Positions 21,467 through 33,767 of a DNA stretch of 64,000 nt are shown piece after piece. Made by a program: the position numbers and the translations under genes. Each line of letters begins with the position of its first letter. Position 1 is the stretch's first letter. This stretch comes from Balamuthia mandrillaris (Eukaryota): the NCBI GenBank assembly GCA_031835245.2, contig JAVKOQ020000004.1, positions 1 through 64,000 on the forward strand, written 5' to 3'. Under the pieces are notes generated by a model, which worked only from the letters and a program-made list of their open reading frames with translations, did not search any database and was not told the DNA's origin.

Positions 21467-23860
21467 AAGAAAGAGAGATAAATAGAGAGAGAGAAAGAGA
21501 GAGAGAGAGAGAGTACGTACACAATCACTTGAAATCATACTTTCTATCCATTCATCTGTAGTCCAGGTCACATTCCACCCAGTTTCAAACCTTTTATGGA
21601 CAGTAGCAGCCACAATACCTGGTAGCTCTTCAAGTTGAAGGGCAAGAGGCAAGTCATGAAGATGCTGGATTGATACACAAGTCGGTGAGTCTTTAGATTC
21701 AAGCCGTAGTGAACTTGCCAGACTTTCATAACCACTAAAAGTAAAAAGAAAGAAAAATAAGAATTAAAAAAGGAAAAGAAAGAACAAGAATAAAGAACTA
21801 AAGAAGAAAAAGAATAACAAAGAAGAATAACAGAATAAAGAAGAACAAACAAACCTTCGAGATATGTGAGTACTATTAATAGCCAATACAAGCTTTTTGT
21901 TTTGAAGCACTTGTACTTTGTCTCGCCATTCACGTACAGCATCAACAGCAGCATGCTTCATTGCCAATGCAACCTCTTTTGTTACATCTCCATCTTCAAC
22001 AAGTTTTGTAAGCGCAGCACTTCCTTTTTCAGAATGAACAAAAAAGAAAAGAAACAACTCTGGACTGCCAAAACACTTTGATAGTGTTGGTTCCCAGAAC
22101 TTTTCCATTTGCTGTGCTATTGATGCTCGTTTTTTTAATTGAACTGGTAAAAGACGTAACTGACTGGCATTTTTTGTCATCAAAGCAAAAACACTTTGGA
22201 GATTCTGAAGCAGCCCTTTGGCTTCTTCAAGTGAAATAGTCTCTTTATCGGAATGAAGAACTTTTCTAATATTAAAAATAATGAATGAAGTTAGATATAC
22301 TATTGCTAGAGAGGAGAGAAAAAGAAAATAAAGAAATAAAAAGAGAGTAGATAAAGAAGAGCAGCGATAGTGGTAATGGCAATGATGATGGTGACGATGG
22401 TGGTGATGGTGATGGTGGCGGTGGTGGCAGCGGTGGTGACGGTGGCGATGGTGGTGACGGTGATAATGGTGGCGACGGTGGTGACGGTGGTGATGATGAT
22501 AATGGTGGCGATGGTGGCGATGGTGGCGATGGTGGCGATGGTGGCGATGGTGGCGATGGTGGCGATGGTGGCGATGGTGGCGATGGTGGCGATGGTAGTG
22601 GCAATAGTGGCGGTGATGGCAACAAGAAAAAGAAGACAAAAACAAGAATAAAGACAAAAAAAAGACAAAGAAGAAAGCAAAAAAGAATGCAAAAAGACAT
22701 AGATGTTACCTTTTTTTTTGTGGTTTTGGTGGAGAAGATGTATTCCAAACAGGCTTATTGTCGATACACCACAATGTTTCATCATGGAGCTGAGGAGCCA
22801 AACATATTCCTTCCACTAACAGCCAACGACGTAAATGGACAGGGAGAGACCAAACATCACAACCCAACCACATATCAAACCTGTTATTTAAAAATTGTTA
22901 AATAAATATCAAATATCTAAAAGAGATAACATACTATATAGAAGGTTTTTCAGTTAATGTTTTAACAATACATTGTTGGAGACTCAAAACCTGAGGATAA
23001 ACCAGTGTCACCTAAAAGAAAAATGTTAAACAAACACTAAAAAAATAAATAGTCTTTCAAAAAACTACAACCTGAATACAGGCTTGTGTATTTGTGATCT
23101 TCACTTTTGTTGGAAAGTGTTGTCGTAACAGGGTGACAGTTTTTCTCGTTGACAGTCCCTTCAAAGTTTCCAAACGGGCCTTGGGCCTAGAAAAGAAGAA
23201 AGGGAATGAAGAAAGTACAAAGAAGCAAGAGAGAGAAAGAGAGAGGGAGAGAGGGAGAGAGAGGGAGAGGGAGAGAGAGAGGAGAGGGAGAGGGAGAGGG
23301 AGAGAGAGAGGGGAGAGAGAGAGAGGGAGAGGGGAGAGGGAGAGAGAGGGAGAGAGAGAGGAGAGGGGAGAGGAAGAGAGAGGGGAAGAGAGAGGGGAGG
23401 GGAGAGGAGAGGGAGAGAGGAAGAGGGAGAGAGGGAGAGGAGAGGGAGAGGGAGAGGGAGAGAGGAAGGGAGGGGAGGAGGAAGAAAGGGAGAGGAAGGA
23501 GAGGAGAGGGAGAGAATGAGGAGAGGAGAGGAGAGGGAGAGGAGAGAGAGAGGAATGAGGAAATAAGAGTGAAAGAGGAGGGAGAGAGAGGAGAGGAGGG
23601 AGGGAGGGAGGGAAGGGAGAGAGAGGAGAGAGGGAAGGAGAGGAGGGGAGAGAGGAGGAAGAGGAGAAGAGGAGAGAGGAGAGGGAGAGGGAGAGGAGAG
23701 AGGAGTGGAGAGGAGAGGAGAGGAGAGGAAACAGAAGAAAAAGAAAAAGAAAGTTAAGCTTACCCATATCTTAAACTGACTACGAATGTAGGATATCTTC
23801 ACCTCCATTGAGGCAGGAGTAATACAATATTTACAGAAATCGTAAAATGTGCTTTCCATT
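18940..23860 (-). pseudogene. Fragmented, intron-containing putative RAG1/Transib-like DDE transposase
   Basis: Exons separated by microsatellite-filled introns. Motifs in order MKVWQ..., RCADKP, then KLYGHVLVSH...YEQ...STE*GE...K, resembling the RAG1/Transib YxHxxxxH...SE.xE catalytic Glu region. In-frame stop and frameshifts present. Confidence 0.45.
19530..19935. repeat. (GGTGGCGAY)n microsatellite in an intron
   Basis: Visible 9-bp tandem repeat. A similar tract occurs at 22365-22620. Confidence 0.95.
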
Positions 23861-24356
23861 TCTTATAAGAAAATCAAGGAACAAAAAAAAAAGAAGAACA
23901 TTGGAAAAGAAGACTTGAAAAAATTAAGATAGAAGAATGTCTGACGTAGGAGATCTTACGCCACTGATACGAACTACTCTGCCAACATGTGCCCACCCAA
24001 AGTTGCACCTTACCGAAGTGAGGCAAACCAGGCCGAAGCGTGGCACTTACAACAAAGGGATAGACACCGCCAATAGAGCAGCGTGTCACCTCGAGAGGCT
24101 GTGGTCGGCAAGGGTTCTCAAACGCGGCCTTTTCAACTAACTAATCTACAAGCACAAATCCAAATCCTTCTTTTTCTCTTCCCCCTTTTAATCCTTCGCT
24201 CTTCTTTTTTCCTTTCTTGAAACAAAAATTTCTTGTTATGCCTTTTTGTCGACACACCGCCGATCAGAAAATTGGAAGGGGGTAGAGTTCACGCAAACAA
24301 CACACACATAGGCACACTCGCACTCACTCACTATCGCTAACGTGACGCACACGGAG

Positions 24357-25784
24357 ATGTCCAGCGGAGCGCAAACAGGGACGGGCATACACCGCAACCC
24401 GAAGGGAGGACAGAAGAAAAAGAGTCCCCCGCCAAGCGGCGGTAAGGGCCATTCCTCTGGTGGCGACGGGGAGGAAGTGGTTCTGGAGTTCGGAGGTTAT
24501 AAGGGAGCGCTCGGGCTCATGATCTTCTCCCACAGCTTGATGCTCTACCTGTGGATCTCGCTGCGTTACTATCAGGGCTCTGTAATCTATCCCTCCTCCC
24601 TCGAGGACGTGGGACCCTTCTTCGGACGAATGTGGGGGCACCTCAAGGAGGGAGCCATGCCGACGTGGGAGGCCACCGGACTCTACATGGGCTTCCTTGC
24701 CTTTCAGCTGCTGCTGGCCTTCGTGCTGCCGGGCCTCTCGGTGAAGGGTCTGCGCGTTCCCTCGGAGGGCAACAGGCAGTTGATCTACCTCTGCAACAAC
24801 TACGCCTGCTGGCTAGTGACGCTTGTTGCGCTGGGCGCCATCCACTATAGCGGCGTGTTCAAGCTGGGCCGCGTGATCGACGTGTTGGGAAGCATCATGG
24901 TAGTGTCCATGATCTTCAGCGACGCTCTTTCCGTCTTGACCTACCTTGTGGCCTTTGCCACAGGCAAAACGGTGAGGATGACCGGCAACCACCTCTACGA
25001 CTTTTTCATGGGGGCCTACCTCAACCCGCGTCTCGGCAAGGTCGACCTGAAGCTCTTCGGCGAGACGCGCGTCTGGACTCTTCTCTTCGTGCTGACCGCC
25101 TGTGCGGCTGCCAAGCAGCACGAGCTTTACGGAGTGGTGACCTGGCCCATGTGGTTCATGGTGGCGGCTCACGGCATCTACGCTCACGCCTGCGCTAAAG
25201 GAGAGCACTTCATCCCTGCCTGCTGGGATATCTTCTACGAGAAATGGGGCTGGATGCTTATCTACTGGAACTTTGCTGGCGTGCCCTTCGTCTACTGCTT
25301 CTCCAGCATGTGGCTGCTCAAGCACGAGCCCTTCGAGCACAGCACTCCTTACACCGTCGCCCTCTTCGTCCTCCTCTTCCTGGCCTACTACGCCTGGGAC
25401 ACGGCTAACGCCCAGCACAAGAGCTTCCGCCTGCAGCAGGCCGGAAACTTCATTTCTCGCCCCTGGGCCATCCCTCAGCTGCCCTGGAGCGTCATCGAGA
25501 ATCCCAGATACCTCAAGACCAAGGCCGGCACTCCCTTGCTCATCGATGGTTGGTACCGCTACGTCCGCAAGATCAACTACCTTGGTGACATCGTCATGGC
25601 CTTCCTTTGGGGCATGGCCTGCGGCTTTGATGCCTTCCTCCCTTACTTTTATGCCATCTTCTTCACTGGCATGATCCTTCATCGTGGCATTCGAGACAAC
25701 GAACGTTGCTCCCGCAAGTATGGCGAGGATTGGGACCGTTATTGTAAAGAGGTCCCTTACATCCTCATTCCTTTCGTTTGGTAA
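24357..25784 (+). CDS. ERG4: Sterol C-24(28) reductase (ERG4/ERG24 family), intronless
   Basis: EFGG..G, YDFFMGAYLNPR..KVDLKLF, CAKGEH.IPACWDIFYEKWGWMLIYWN.AGVP (ERG4-type), LLIDGWYRYVRKINY.GD, HR..RD..RC..KYGEDW..YC..VPY. Confidence 0.9.
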   Translation: MSSGAQTGTGIHRNPKGGQKKKSPPPSGGKGHSSGGDGEEVVLEFGGYKGALGLMIFSHSLMLYLWISLRYYQGSVIYPSSLEDVGPFFGRMWGHLKEGAMPTWEATGLYMGFLAFQLLLAFVLPGLSVKGLRVPSEGNRQLIYLCNNYACWLVTLVALGAIHYSGVFKLGRVIDVLGSIMVVSMIFSDALSVLTYLVAFATGKTVRMTGNHLYDFFMGAYLNPRLGKVDLKLFGETRVWTLLFVLTACAAAKQHELYGVVTWPMWFMVAAHGIYAHACAKGEHFIPACWDIFYEKWGWMLIYWNFAGVPFVYCFSSMWLLKHEPFEHSTPYTVALFVLLFLAYYAWDTANAQHKSFRLQQAGNFISRPWAIPQLPWSVIENPRYLKTKAGTPLLIDGWYRYVRKINYLGDIVMAFLWGMACGFDAFLPYFYAIFFTGMILHRGIRDNERCSRKYGEDWDRYCKEVPYILIPFVW

Positions 25785-25845
25785 CTTGCGGCTGCCACAA
25801 CTAGTTACCTTGTAAAGCTCGTTTATAAGCAACCACAATAACCTT

Positions 25846-25883
<38 letters not shown>

Positions 25884-25926
25884 TTCAAGCAGGTTTCTCT
25901 CTCTCTCTCTCCAGTCTCTCTCTCTT

Positions 25927-25966
<40 letters not shown>

Positions 25967-26236
25967 CTCTCTCTCCTGCTTCAAGATCAATCTGTCAAAT
26001 GATGATGATTGTCGCCAGAAATTTGTCGGCATAATTTTAAGATTGGTGGGAATATATATGTAGACAAGAATGCAAAGAATGCAAGGCAAATGAATTGATC
26101 ATTACACACGCCAAGAAAAAAGAAACCAAACAAACGTTTAAATAACAGAAAGAGAAAAGAAGGGAAAGGGGTTGGCTTCTTCAAAACAGTTTCCTCCAAA
26201 ACTTTTCTCTGGTAGAATAAAATAATAACAATAACA

Positions 26237-26544
26237 ATGGGCAAGTTCAACGCCTTTTGGGAGACGTTTTCCAAAAAGTGGCCTTACACCCTTTCCGCCA
26301 TCCTTTGTTTTGTCATCGTGGCACTAAATGCAGCCGGCTGCGGGGTCCATTGGTACTCGGCCAAGGGAGAGGGCACCGTCACCATTCCTAACGTGGAGCC
26401 TATTGTCAACACGCCAAGCCTCTTCGACCTCACCATCGATATGAAGGAGTACATCTTCCACATGGAAATTGAGTTTACTGTTGGGGACACCACCGTTCTT
26501 AGCACCGAATGCAACTACGCGGATGGCTATTGTTCCGGTTCGTT

Positions 26545-26583
<39 letters not shown>

Positions 26584-27827
26584 GCTCTTTCCTCTTTTCG
26601 TCCTTTTCTCCTAGCAAGAAAATGGCCTAAGAGACCTTTATTTATATATATATATATATTTAAAAAAAAAACAGCTATTCCAGAAACAGTAACCTATTTC
26701 TTGAATAACACGGACGTTAACCGGTCTAACTGCACCAACTGTACGGCACTGCTCAGTCCCCGTCCGAAGAGCTGTCCCTTCCAGGACAACGTGCTCGTCT
26801 CTACAGAGTATCTCAGGGATGACATCATGGCGTGGATAAACGAGACTCAGGACGGCAGTTGGTTCTGTGAGATGAGCGAAAAGGCTGTCAATGAAGTTTA
26901 TCCTGGACCAGTACGTTCATAGCTCTCTGCTTTCTATTTTCTTGTTTGTTTCCCTCTTCCTCTTGTCTGTTCTACGCCCTTTTCTGTTTCTCTACTTCTC
27001 TGCCTCTCTATGCGGTTTTTTCTAACAAGGTTTTCTTCAACAAAGGGCGGGACACGACCTGTTACTGAAAATACGACAGTAGTAACACACCTCTGCCTTA
27101 ACGGCGTGCAATGCCCATACAATCCATACAAAGCCAAATGGGATCTTAAAGGTTTTGAGGTACATTCAATCGCTAAACTTGTTTGTTCCATATTCACTCA
27201 TATCTCGCTTTTTTCTCACTCTCTTCTATATCTCTTACTCTAAAGGCACCATATTCCTCTATAATGGCCTTCTCTATATTTGCTTGTTTGCTGGCTCTTC
27301 CGCTGGGAATCATTCTTTTGATCCTTTGTTGGAAGGTGAGTCACTTGCCGTCGTTGGTACTCGCCAGGACTTTGGTGGTGACCGCCATTGTTCTTTCCAT
27401 ATTGCTTGCGTGTTGTATGTTTGTCATTTGGGGCATTCTCTGGTCCCACCCTACCATTATGTTGGACGTGTTGAATCTTGGTAACGTTCTTGCTCTCTCA
27501 GTCTCTCTCTTCTTTTTCTCTCAGAGTATTTTTGTTTACATGTAATGTTAAATGGTTTACCTTTGTTTGTTTGTGTTGGAAACATAAGATGAGGACTTTT
27601 GTGACCAGTATGAAGACGACGAGGACGGATGGATGGCATGTTCATGGCGAGGCGAAAAGAAGACGTCCATCGATCGACAACTGCCGCAGTGGGGAGTGAT
27701 GATAACGGACTGGGATGAGACGTGGGGACCAAGCTTGGGTTGGACCTTTGCCAGCATATCTTTCGGCTTTTCTTTGTGGATCATTGTTAGTGTTGTTGGA
27801 TGGATTCCTTCTCTCTCTTCCAACTAA
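26237..27827 (+). CDS. Four-TM claudin-like membrane protein with Cys-rich loop, multi-exon
   Basis: TM1 followed by WY, a Cys-rich extracellular region, two more TM segments (27260-27450), and a final WGPSLGW plus TM. GT-AG introns. Confidence 0.55.
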
Positions 27828-27893
27828 GCAAAGCAACAACTCGTTTTGGTTTTGATGTTTTTTTTTAATGTGCAACAAAAGTGCCACCAAAGT

Positions 27894-29021
27894 TTACTCA
27901 GACAACACAATTCTCTCCTCTTTGCGAATGGTTTGCTTTTTCTGAGCTTCGACGGGGATGTGAACCTGTTCTCGCTCTGGCGCTTTCTCGAGGATGCTTG
28001 CTCGCATGTGCGATGCTTCCGGTACCTCTCCAGCGATGATCTTCGCCTCTGGCACCAGGTTCGGTTTTACGTCCACCTCGATATCTGTTTTCGTTTTTGT
28101 TAGCAATAACAATAAAAGAAGGAGAAAAAAAGAGAAGGAATGGAGTAGGTCACCAATAGGTTTGGGAGTCTTCTGGCCGGTAACACCGCGAACCTCAACG
28201 TCATATTCCTTATTTTCCTCCAAGTGCCGCTTCCTCTTCTCCAATTCCTGCAAAGCAATGTTATGGGCCGCTTGCAAGTCCTGAGCATGCTTGGCCGCAG
28301 CGGCATGCTCCATCAGCAGCTTCCTACGGTTCTGTGCCTCCTTCAAGGCCAAGACCTTGCCAGCCTCGAGCTCCGCCCTCTCGTTCTCAGCCTGGACTGC
28401 TTGCTTGTGTGCAGCAGCGCGACGAGCCTCAAGCTCCTGCTCCTCCCTCATCAGCCTGTTCTTCTCCGCCAGCTTCATCTTTTCAGCCTTCTCGAGCTCC
28501 TCCGCTCTGGCCTCCTTCTGGGTGGCGAGCCACTCCTCCTTGGTCTTGAGGTTGAGGTGGTCTTCGAGGTCCTGGGTGACCTTGAGGAGCTCCTCCTTCT
28601 CCTTGGCGATCTTCAAGGAGAGACGCTGTAGCTCCTCCGAGTGGTCCACTTCCACCTTCTTGATCTCAACGCGAGAAGGAGTGGTGGAGGTGAACTCGGC
28701 GCTGCCTCTTTCGGTCACATGAACGCCCTTTTTGACGCCGAGAGAGGCTTCCGAGGCTGAAATAGGCTCCCTGGTGCCAGTGGAAGCGGTCAGAGTGAAG
28801 GCTTCGGTCTTCTTGGCGCCGAGCTTGCTCTTCTTCTCGGGTCCAAGGGCTTTCTTCTCTTCCACTTTCTTCCATTGTTGCTCCTTCGCCTCGAGCACTC
28901 CTCCCTCCTCTCCTCCTTTCTGCCAGTGCGTTTTGCCGCTGATGGCCTCCTGCGTCTTGGTCCACTTGCTTTCTTCTTGCTCCGTCGTCAAGTGGGTGGG
29001 TGTGATTCCTGGTACGGACAT
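27894..29021 (-). CDS. Charged coiled-coil protein of unknown function (one intron ~28086-28154)
   Basis: ATG at 29021, strong GC3 codon bias, long E/K/A-rich heptad region. Confidence 0.75.
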   Translation of the reverse strand: MSVPGITPTHLTTEQEESKWTKTQEAISGKTHWQKGGEEGGVLEAKEQQWKKVEEKKALGPEKKSKLGAKKTEAFTLTASTGTREPISASEASLGVKKGVHVTERGSAEFTSTTPSRVEIKKVEVDHSEELQRLSLKIAKEKEELLKVTQDLEDHLNLKTKEEWLATQKEARAEELEKAEKMKLAEKNRLMREEQELEARRAAAHKQAVQAENERAELEAGKVLALKEAQNRRKLLMEHAAAAKHAQDLQAAHNIALQELEKRKRHLEENKEYDVEVRGVTGQKTPKPIGDLLHSFSFFLLLLLLLLTKTKTDIEVDVKPNLVPEAKIIAGEVPEASHMRASILEKAPEREQVHIPVEAQKKQTIRKEERIVLSE

Positions 29022-29362
29022 CCTTGTTCGTTTATTTGCTTGCTTGCTTGTGACTTGTTTGAGTTGACGGTGGTTTATTATTGCCGTTGTTGTTGTTGTC
29101 GGTGCAGTCGAAAGCACTTTTTGAATGATGATGAATGGGCAAGTGTTTGGAAATGAGGATGATGGCCATCGCTTATTTAAATGTTTATCTGGTTGAGTTT
29201 GGTGGAACCAGTTGTCAACGGGGGATACGCCAGTTCTCCCTCTGCTACTTACGGATTTTCTATCGCCTCTCACATCCCCCCCCCCCTTGGCTTGTTGTTA
29301 TTGTGCACCCACCAACCAGCTCTTTCACTGGTCCGTCTCACATGTCCAACAAAACAATGATC

Positions 29363-29400
<38 letters not shown>

Positions 29401-29638
29401 GAGAGAGGAGAGAGGAGAATGACTTGTGTCGTCTTCGAGGTGTGCGGTTGGGGTTTGCGCTCCGTCCAAATCCCTCCCCCGTTTGCTTTCTCGCAAAACT
29501 CCATGTCGTCCTGATAAAACGAGCTCCTTTGCAGCTCATCCTGTGCAGCATACGCTGACCTCATTCTCATGTCGTCACGTAAGCCTAACTCATCCACGAA
29601 AAACGACGAAACAGTGAAACAGAAAAAAAAAAGAAGCG

Positions 29639-32600
29639 ATGGAGAGCGGAGCTGCTGCTGCTACTCGACGCCTTAGGTTTGTGGTGGTGGGCTCCGGAGG
29701 CAGGGAGCACGCCATAGTGTGGAAGCTCGCTCAGAGCCCACGGGTGGAGAAGATCTGGGTCCTTCCCGGAAACGGTGGCACCTCCGAGGGCTTCTTCTCG
29801 CTGCCAAAAACAGCAGCAGGCCACAGCGAGGCGCCTCCCCCTGCCTCCGTGGTGGAGAACGTCAGTGTGCCAGCCTCCAACGAAAGCATCGTGGCCTTTG
29901 CCAAGGAGCACGCTGTGGACGTGGTTGTGGTCGGCCCTGAGGCTCCTCTCGCTGAAGGCTTAGCTGGTCTCCTTTTTACTTTTCCTCTCTGTCACTCGCT
30001 CTCTCACTCACTCCCTCTCTTACTCTCACCCCTGCATCCTCGCTCACCTCTTACCCCCCTCCATCTCAACTCTCACTTCACTCTCACTGAATGTTTATCT
30101 TCATAAAAACACAACCAGATGCTTTGAAAGAAGGAGGAGTGGCATGCTTCGGACCAACTCAAGCCGCTGCTCAGATAGAGGCCAGCAAGGCCTTCGCCAA
30201 GGACTTTATGCGCAAGTACAACATCCCAACGGCTGAGTTTGCCACTTTTGACAACGAAGCGGAGGCCTTAGCCTACATCGACTCCGTTGGGCATGGTGTC
30301 GTGGTGAAGGCCTCTGGTCTGGCTGCCGGCAAGGGCGTCATCATCCCCCAGAACAAGGAAGAAGCTAAGTTGGCCGTCAAGCAGATACTCACTGATAAGT
30401 GCTTTGGCGATGCTGGCCAACAGGTTTGTTGTTAGAGGAGAGATAGAGAAGAGAAATAGAGAAGAACAGAGAGAGAGAGAGAGACCTGCTATAGGTCTCT
30501 AAAGAAGCATGGAGAAGAAAGAAGGGACACGAGAAGGATATGATTATTAACGATAACGCATTCTTTCTCAGGTTGTCATTGAAGAGTTGCTTCAAGGACC
30601 AGAGTTTTCCTTGTTGGCCTTCTGCGATGGAGAAACTGCGATTGTGATGCCTCCAGCTCAGGTGTGCTTCTATGTTTCCTTCCTTCATTTATTTGTACTT
30701 TTTGCTCATCTCATCTGTTCCTCTTTATTCCTATTTTTTGGAAATAACTCTTCAGGACCATAAACGAGCTTACGATGGAGACCAAGGACCCAACACAGGA
30801 GGAATGGGTGCATTTGCTCCTACTCCATTCGTCTCTGCTGGTCTCAAAGAGCAAGTTGAAGAAACAGTGATCAAAGCCGCTGTAAAGGGAATGAAGGCAG
30901 AGGGCATTCCCTTTGTGGGCGTCCTTTTCGCGGGGCTTATGCTTACTAAATCTGGCCCTAAAGTACTTGAGTACAACTGTCGCTTTGGCGATCCCGAAAC
31001 GCAGGTACTGTTTCATTACTCAATTTGTTATTTCTCCATTCTCTTCTGCTTTATTATTTTCAGCACCCTCTACCATACTTCGTTTTTACGTTTTTTCTCG
31101 TTTTCAAACAGGTGGTACTTCCGCTGCTCTGCACCGATCTAGCTTCCATCATAATGGCATGCGTTACCTCCTCTCTGGACAAAACCTTTGGACCGAACGG
31201 CCAAGAAAAGGTTGAATGGCTTTCCAATCAAACAGCTGTCACAGTGGTAGCAGCCTCTGGGGGCTATCCAGGCAAATACTCCACTGGCAAACCAATTACT
31301 GGCATTCCCAATTCTTCTTCTTCAGCTTCGTCAGCAGTTGTTTTTCATGCAGGCACAAAACTCATGGAAGATAAGTTGGTAACAAGCGGAGGTAGAGTCT
31401 TGTCCGTTACCGCAGTTGCCAACACGTTGGAAGAGGCATTGGACGACGCCTATCGCGGTATTGCAGCCATTCATTTCGAAGGCATGTTCTACAGAGCTGA
31501 CATTGGAGCCAAAGCCTTGGAGGCAGCAGGTGTGTTGCAATTCGTTGTCACCTTGGTTACCAAATACTTGAACTGACCCTATTTCTCTCTTCTCTCTTCT
31601 CTCTTGTGCTTAAGCTACAGCTCCAACAAGAATCGGCATTTTGGGATCTACTAGAGGAACGGACATGCAAGCCATTATAGACGCCATCGAGCAGGGTAAG
31701 CTCAACGCCGAGGTCAAGATGGTCGTCAGCAACGTGGAGGATGCCTACATTCTCGAACGTGCAAGGCTTCACAACCTGCCGCATACGTTCCTTCCCTCCA
31801 AAGGAAAGAAGAGGGAAACCTTTGACAAACAAGTCGTGCAAATATTGGACGAAGCTGGGGTGGAGCTCGTGCTCTTGATAGGGTTCATGAGAATCCTCTC
31901 ACCTGTTTTCGTTCGACATTATCCACGTGGAGCCATTATTAATGTCCATCCTTCTCTCTTGCCCGACTTTGCTGGAGGTACATTTTTTTCTTCTTTTTCT
32001 CTTGTCATTTCATGCATTTTTATTTTTTTTAAAAAACAAAAATAGGAATGGACTTGAACGTACATGAAGAAGTGATCAAAGCTGCTGTTCCAGAGACAGG
32101 TTGCACGGTTCACGTAGTAACCGAAGAAGTCGATGAAGGCCCCATCCTCGTTCAAAAAAGATGCAGCGTTGATGCCGCAGATACGCCAGAAACGCTCAAA
32201 GCAAAAGTGCAACAATTGGAAGGACAAGCCTTAATCGAAGCCATTCAGCTGTTTCAACAAACGGTAAAACAACAGAGCAAAAAACGACAGAAAGAGAGAC
32301 AAACAAGACTTGTAGAGCAGCGACAGAGATTAGCTTCTTCAAAACAAACCACGTACAGAGATGCTGGAGTTGATATTGATGCCGGAGATGCTTTGGTCGA
32401 AGCCATCAAACCGTTTTGTAAAGCAACCGCTCGTGAAGGCACTACTGCTTCCTTAGGTATGTCTTCATTTTGTTCTCGTTCCGCTTGCACTTTGTCTCTA
32501 ACGCTTTCTTTTTCTCGTAACTAACAACTCTCTCTCGTTCTCTCCCTACAGGTGGATTTGGAGGTCTATTCGACTTAGCCAAAACTGGTTACAAAGACCC

Positions 32601-33767
32601 AATCCTCGTGAGCGGGACAGATGGCGTCGGCACCAAGATCAAGCTCGCTCAACAGTGCAACATCCACGGCACTGTGGGTATTGACCTGGTGGCAATGTGC
32701 GTGAACGACCTGTTGGTGCAGGGCGCCGACCCCTTGTTTTTCCTCGACTACTATGCCACCTCCAAGTTGAGTGTTCCCGTTGCTGCTGAGGTCATCAAGG
32801 GCATCGCTGAGGGATGCCTTCGCGCGGGATGCGCCTTGATCGGTGGTGAAACGGCCGAAATGCCCGGCATGTACCATCCTGGTTCGTTCATATTTTTGAT
32901 TACTCTGCTTTGTTGCTTGTCTCTTTCTTTCAGGACTCATTCGTTTTTGTTACAACCTTGTTCTATCTTTGCTTTTGAAATATAAAATAGATGAGTACGA
33001 CCTGGCAGGTTTTGCGGTGGGAGCAGTAGAGAGAGAGCAGCTCCTGCCTAGGATGGAAGACATAAGAGAAGGAGACGTGGTGATAGGAGTGACCTCTTCC
33101 GGCATTCACTCCAACGGCTTTTCGATGGTTCGTCACATACTGCAAAAGAACTCGGTCGACGTGTTTGCCAAACCGCCATTTAAGAGCGATGCTGAACGTC
33201 TCTGCGATGTTTTGTTGGCTCCTACCAAAATTTACATCAAGGTTTGTTTTATCCTTTGTTCCTAGTTCTTTGTCCTTCGTGTTGATTGTTGATTCTGCAT
33301 ACGTTCGTGGATGTTCTATTGTAAATGTTTCTGTTAAATGAAACTAACAAACTCTAAAACCCAAAAAATAAAAATAAAAATATAAATAAAAATAGAGCGT
33401 ACTGCCATTGATGAACAGCAACTTGATCAAAGCGGCAGCTCACATAACAGGAGGAGGTCTTCCGGACAACATCCCCCGCGTGCTCTCCGACCAGCTGGCC
33501 GTTCAACTGGACATGTCCTCATGGGAAGTGCCTCCCGTGTTTCGTTGGTTGCAACGTTTGGGGCAGGTCTCCATCGATGAGATGTTAAGAACCTTCAACA
33601 TGGGAATCGGAATGGTCCTCATCGTTGATGCCGAGAGGAAGGAGGAGGTGCTATCCAGGTTGCGGCAGAACGAGAAGCAGCCGGAAGAGGCCGTTGTGCT
33701 GGGAAGCGTTGTGCCTCGCGAAAAGGAACCAAGCCCTCAAGTTTTGTTCGTGAACAAATCCGAGTGA
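29639..33767 (+). CDS. GART: Trifunctional purine enzyme GARS(PurD)-GART(PurN)-AIRS(PurM), multi-exon
   Basis: Pur[73 protein letters not shown]. Pur[34 protein letters not shown]. Pur[53 protein letters not shown]. Confidence 0.95.

Noticed and set aside
18720..24140. Terminal inverted repeats around the putative RAG1/Transib-like gene
   Set aside because: No matching inverted ends could be found by eye.
24813..25838. 341-aa antisense ORF overlapping ERG4
   Set aside because: Shadow ORF expected from high GC3 codon bias, with no motifs.
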